Assembly: GCA_963740085.1 (NCBI GenBank)
Contig: CAVUCU010000001.1
Span: 928,001-992,000 of the forward strand
Source of the DNA: Nitrospirota bacterium
Lineage (GTDB): Bacteria > Nitrospirota > UBA9217
Direction of reading: 5' to 3'
DNA length: 64,000 nt
Shown here: positions 61,714 through 64,000 of the stretch, piece after piece
How the letters are laid out: each line of letters opens with the position of its first letter
Position numbering within the stretch: position 1 is the first letter of the stretch
Position numbers and translations under genes: made by a program
Notes under the pieces: model-generated
Seen by the model: the letters and a program-made list of their open reading frames with translations, nothing else
Told to the model about the DNA's origin: nothing
Database searches by the model: none

Positions 61714-62874
61714 CTACAACGGAGGAGTCGGGGCGCTTTTCCTGACAAACCGGAACAGGAAGGGATACAGGATGCCGCTGATGACAGCCGCTAAAATGAG
61801 GGACCCGGTCATTGTGTGCGAGAGCAGTCCCATCTTTTCTCCGAGCGTCCCGCTCACGACCATCAGCGACAGGGGTGCGGATAGCAGCAGGCTGACCGCC
61901 AGGGAATCCCTGACACAGAGCTTCATGGACCGCATGAACAGGAACAGCACGAGATTGCTGACGAACACCATGACCGTCAGGAGAAGGGCATCCCGGACCG
62001 GCGGAAGAGAGGTGAGCATTTGTAAGTCCAGGTCAGCCCCCACACCGATGAAAAAAAAGGGCGTGAAGAAACCGAACCCCACGGCATTGATCTTCTGCTC
62101 GAACAGGCCCTTGCTCTTGAACACGGCGCTGAACACGAGCCCGGCGATGAAGGAACCGAGAATGGGCTCCACGCCGGCGCCGTAAGCGATCAGCGCCCCG
62201 GCAAACGCCACGGCAATTACCGCGCGCAGCCCCTCTTCAACCGGGTCATCGCTCTCCATCACCTTTTCCACCCGCCCCGGGTTCCACCACGCAAGAACGT
62301 ACATGACCTTCAGGAACAGCGCTGCCAGCGACGTGAGCAGGAGCAGCTTCAGCCCCTGCACAAACGCCATGGCCGTCAGGCCGTGCTGATGATAGATGTC
62401 GATGCCGGTCAGGACGAGTATGGAAAGCAGTTCCCCGGTCAGAGAGATGCCGATGATGTCCGTTCCCAGCTCGGAATGGAGCATCCCTGCCTCTTTGAGC
62501 ACGGGGATGATGATCCCCGCGGACAAAACGGACACCGCGATCCCCGCAAAGAACGGATAACCCAGATACACCATGATGACCGGCGTCAGGATGAGCGAGA
62601 GCAGGGGGATCGACACGTACCAGAGAAACCGCCCTCCCCTGACCAGCTTTCCGATATCAAGCTCCATGCCCGCGATGAACATCAGATACAGAAAGCCGAT
62701 CTCCTTCAGGAGCAGGAACCATTCCGGCTTCCGGGGTACGAGGGTGTGGAACAGAAGGATGCCGAAGATGATCTCGAGGACCGCCGAGGGGATGCTGAGT
62801 CTTCGGGCCACAAAGGGAATGACGGCCGCCCCGGCGACAAGGGCGAACATGATCACAAAGGGCTGCTCCATCAT
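61714..62874 (-). CDS. CPA2 cation:proton antiporter
   Basis: P.AVLEII.G, YLMFIAGME, ILGSFIAG, FTPFFFIGVG; ~12 TMs. The ORF track extension to 63081 is out-of-frame overlap. Confidence 0.88.
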   Translation of the reverse strand: MMEQPFVIMFALVAGAAVIPFVARRLSIPSAVLEIIFGILLFHTLVPRKPEWFLLLKEIGFLYLMFIAGMELDIGKLVRGGRFLWYVSIPLLSLILTPVIMVYLGYPFFAGIAVSVLSAGIIIPVLKEAGMLHSELGTDIIGISLTGELLSILVLTGIDIYHQHGLTAMAFVQGLKLLLLTSLAALFLKVMYVLAWWNPGRVEKVMESDDPVEEGLRAVIAVAFAGALIAYGAGVEPILGSFIAGLVFSAVFKSKGLFEQKINAVGFGFFTPFFFIGVGADLDLQMLTSLPPVRDALLLTVMVFVSNLVLFLFMRSMKLCVRDSLAVSLLLSAPLSLMVVSGTLGEKMGLLSHTMTGSLILAAVISGILYPFLFRFVRKSAPTPPL

Positions 62875-62966
62875 TCTTTCCGATCTCCCCGGTTTCCCTT
62901 GCGGCCCTATCTTCCCGTGAGGCGCGGTTGCAGTGCCGTGCGGCGCCTCCCTCATCTCGGTGGCGA

Positions 62967-64000
62967 TCACAGCGACTCCTCGACCGGCGGGGTCAGAAGC
63001 GTGGAAACGGGTGAACGCTTCACGATATGCCACATGACATCCGGGTTCAGCAGCGATGAGGCCCAGCCCTGTTTTTTCCACGCTCCCGTATCGACCATCA
63101 GCAGATTATACGCGTGGAAGCGCCTCCAGAACGGCCGTTACCGGGTTCCCCTGCAGGAGCGGCGTGTCCACGTTCGTCCTGTACATAAGGCTTGCCTGCG
63201 AAATGGTCTTGCGGAGGGCATCGAACGTTTTCAGGTCCTCGGGCGAGGAGATGTAGTTCGAGGGTCGTGTCAGCAGCGCCGACACGCTGGTGTTCAGGGA
63301 AGACGCGATCTCGAGAGCGGTCTCGATCGTCCGCTGAACATCAGCATCCTGAAGGGCGGGCACCGCGATCCTCTCATAGGGATGCGTGCCCTGCATGACC
63401 ATGACGGGACAGGCGCACCGGACCGACAGGTCATTCAGAAACTTCTTTCCCGCAGTGTGCAATGGTCCCGCACTGAACGCGCTGCGCGGCACGGCGACCA
63501 TCCCGTATTCGCCGGACGCCTCCTGGAGCACCTGGTCAACGGCGCCGGAAAAGGACATGTCCAGCGTCCGCTCCTCGATGGCCCGGAACCGTTCCCGGTT
63601 GATCATCCGTGAGAACTCCCCGGAGCGGCCCGCCGCCTTTCCTGAATAGACAAAGACGATCTTGTGCAGGGGAAAGATGCTGAAGAGATATTCAAGTTCT
63701 GCGAAATAGCGTTCGTCCTCCCTGCCCTCCAGAAATGCCAGGACCGTCGAACCATACTCAAGGGGAAACCGTTCAAAATTGAAGGTGAGGATCTCCGAGA
63801 CGGTTTTGAGAACACCCGGCTCGCCGAGGATCACGACCTTGTCCTTCGGCTTGAGCACGGTGCCGCGCCGCGGGACAATGATGTTGCCGTCGCGGTAAAT
63901 AATGCCGATATTCCACTGAAGCGGCGCAACCAACCCGATCGGTTTGTTGACAAGCCGCGAATTCGGGTGCACCTCGACTTCAAGGATCTCGTTCTTGCTG
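62967..64000 (-). pseudogene. TrkA-C plus USP-like domain protein (5' end outside window), +1 frameshift near 63116
   Basis: EILEVEVHPNS.LV.K..IYRDG...PR..T.L.P.D.V TrkA-C; ORF stops at 63106 but removing one C gives AYNLLMVD...PDVMWHIVKRSPVSTLLTP..TGA 62967, a USP-type C-terminus. Confidence 0.75.

Noticed and set aside
62875-63081. N-terminal extension of the antiporter ORF
   Set aside because: Out-of-frame overlap with the frameshifted USP tail; transporter likely starts at 62874.

Overview
GC-rich chromosomal window from an anaerobe-type bacterium (gene content suggests Nitrospirota/Desulfobacterota-like; inference only). Left to right: purA (partial)-serA-class V aminotransferase; a DUF1573 lipoprotein-like gene with an in-frame TGA at a conserved Cys position followed by a SECIS-like hairpin (candidate selenoprotein); a stand-alone MshEN protein; ttcA; a desulforedoxin-like/histone-H1-like fusion; an NrdR-controlled class II ribonucleotide reductase with a 1-nt frameshift; UPF0182, PPDK regulator, hydrolase, USP and kinase; an scpA-HEAT-scpB-MinD/FlhG-J/HTH cluster; c-di-GMP genes; a sigma54-type cusCBA cluster; pal-cpoB; a second, intact nrdJ; a full nuoA-N operon whose NADH-input module is of the HydABC/Hnd electron-bifurcating type and which carries a DRTGG/CBS-kinase/PHP/HATPase cassette between nuoD and nuoE; then a methyltransferase, glutamine amidotransferase, cation/H+ antiporter and a frameshifted TrkA-C/USP gene. 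Many intergenic gaps hold 70-120 nt imperfect palindromes built from 7-9 nt units. No rRNA, tRNA, CRISPR array or transposase was recognised.
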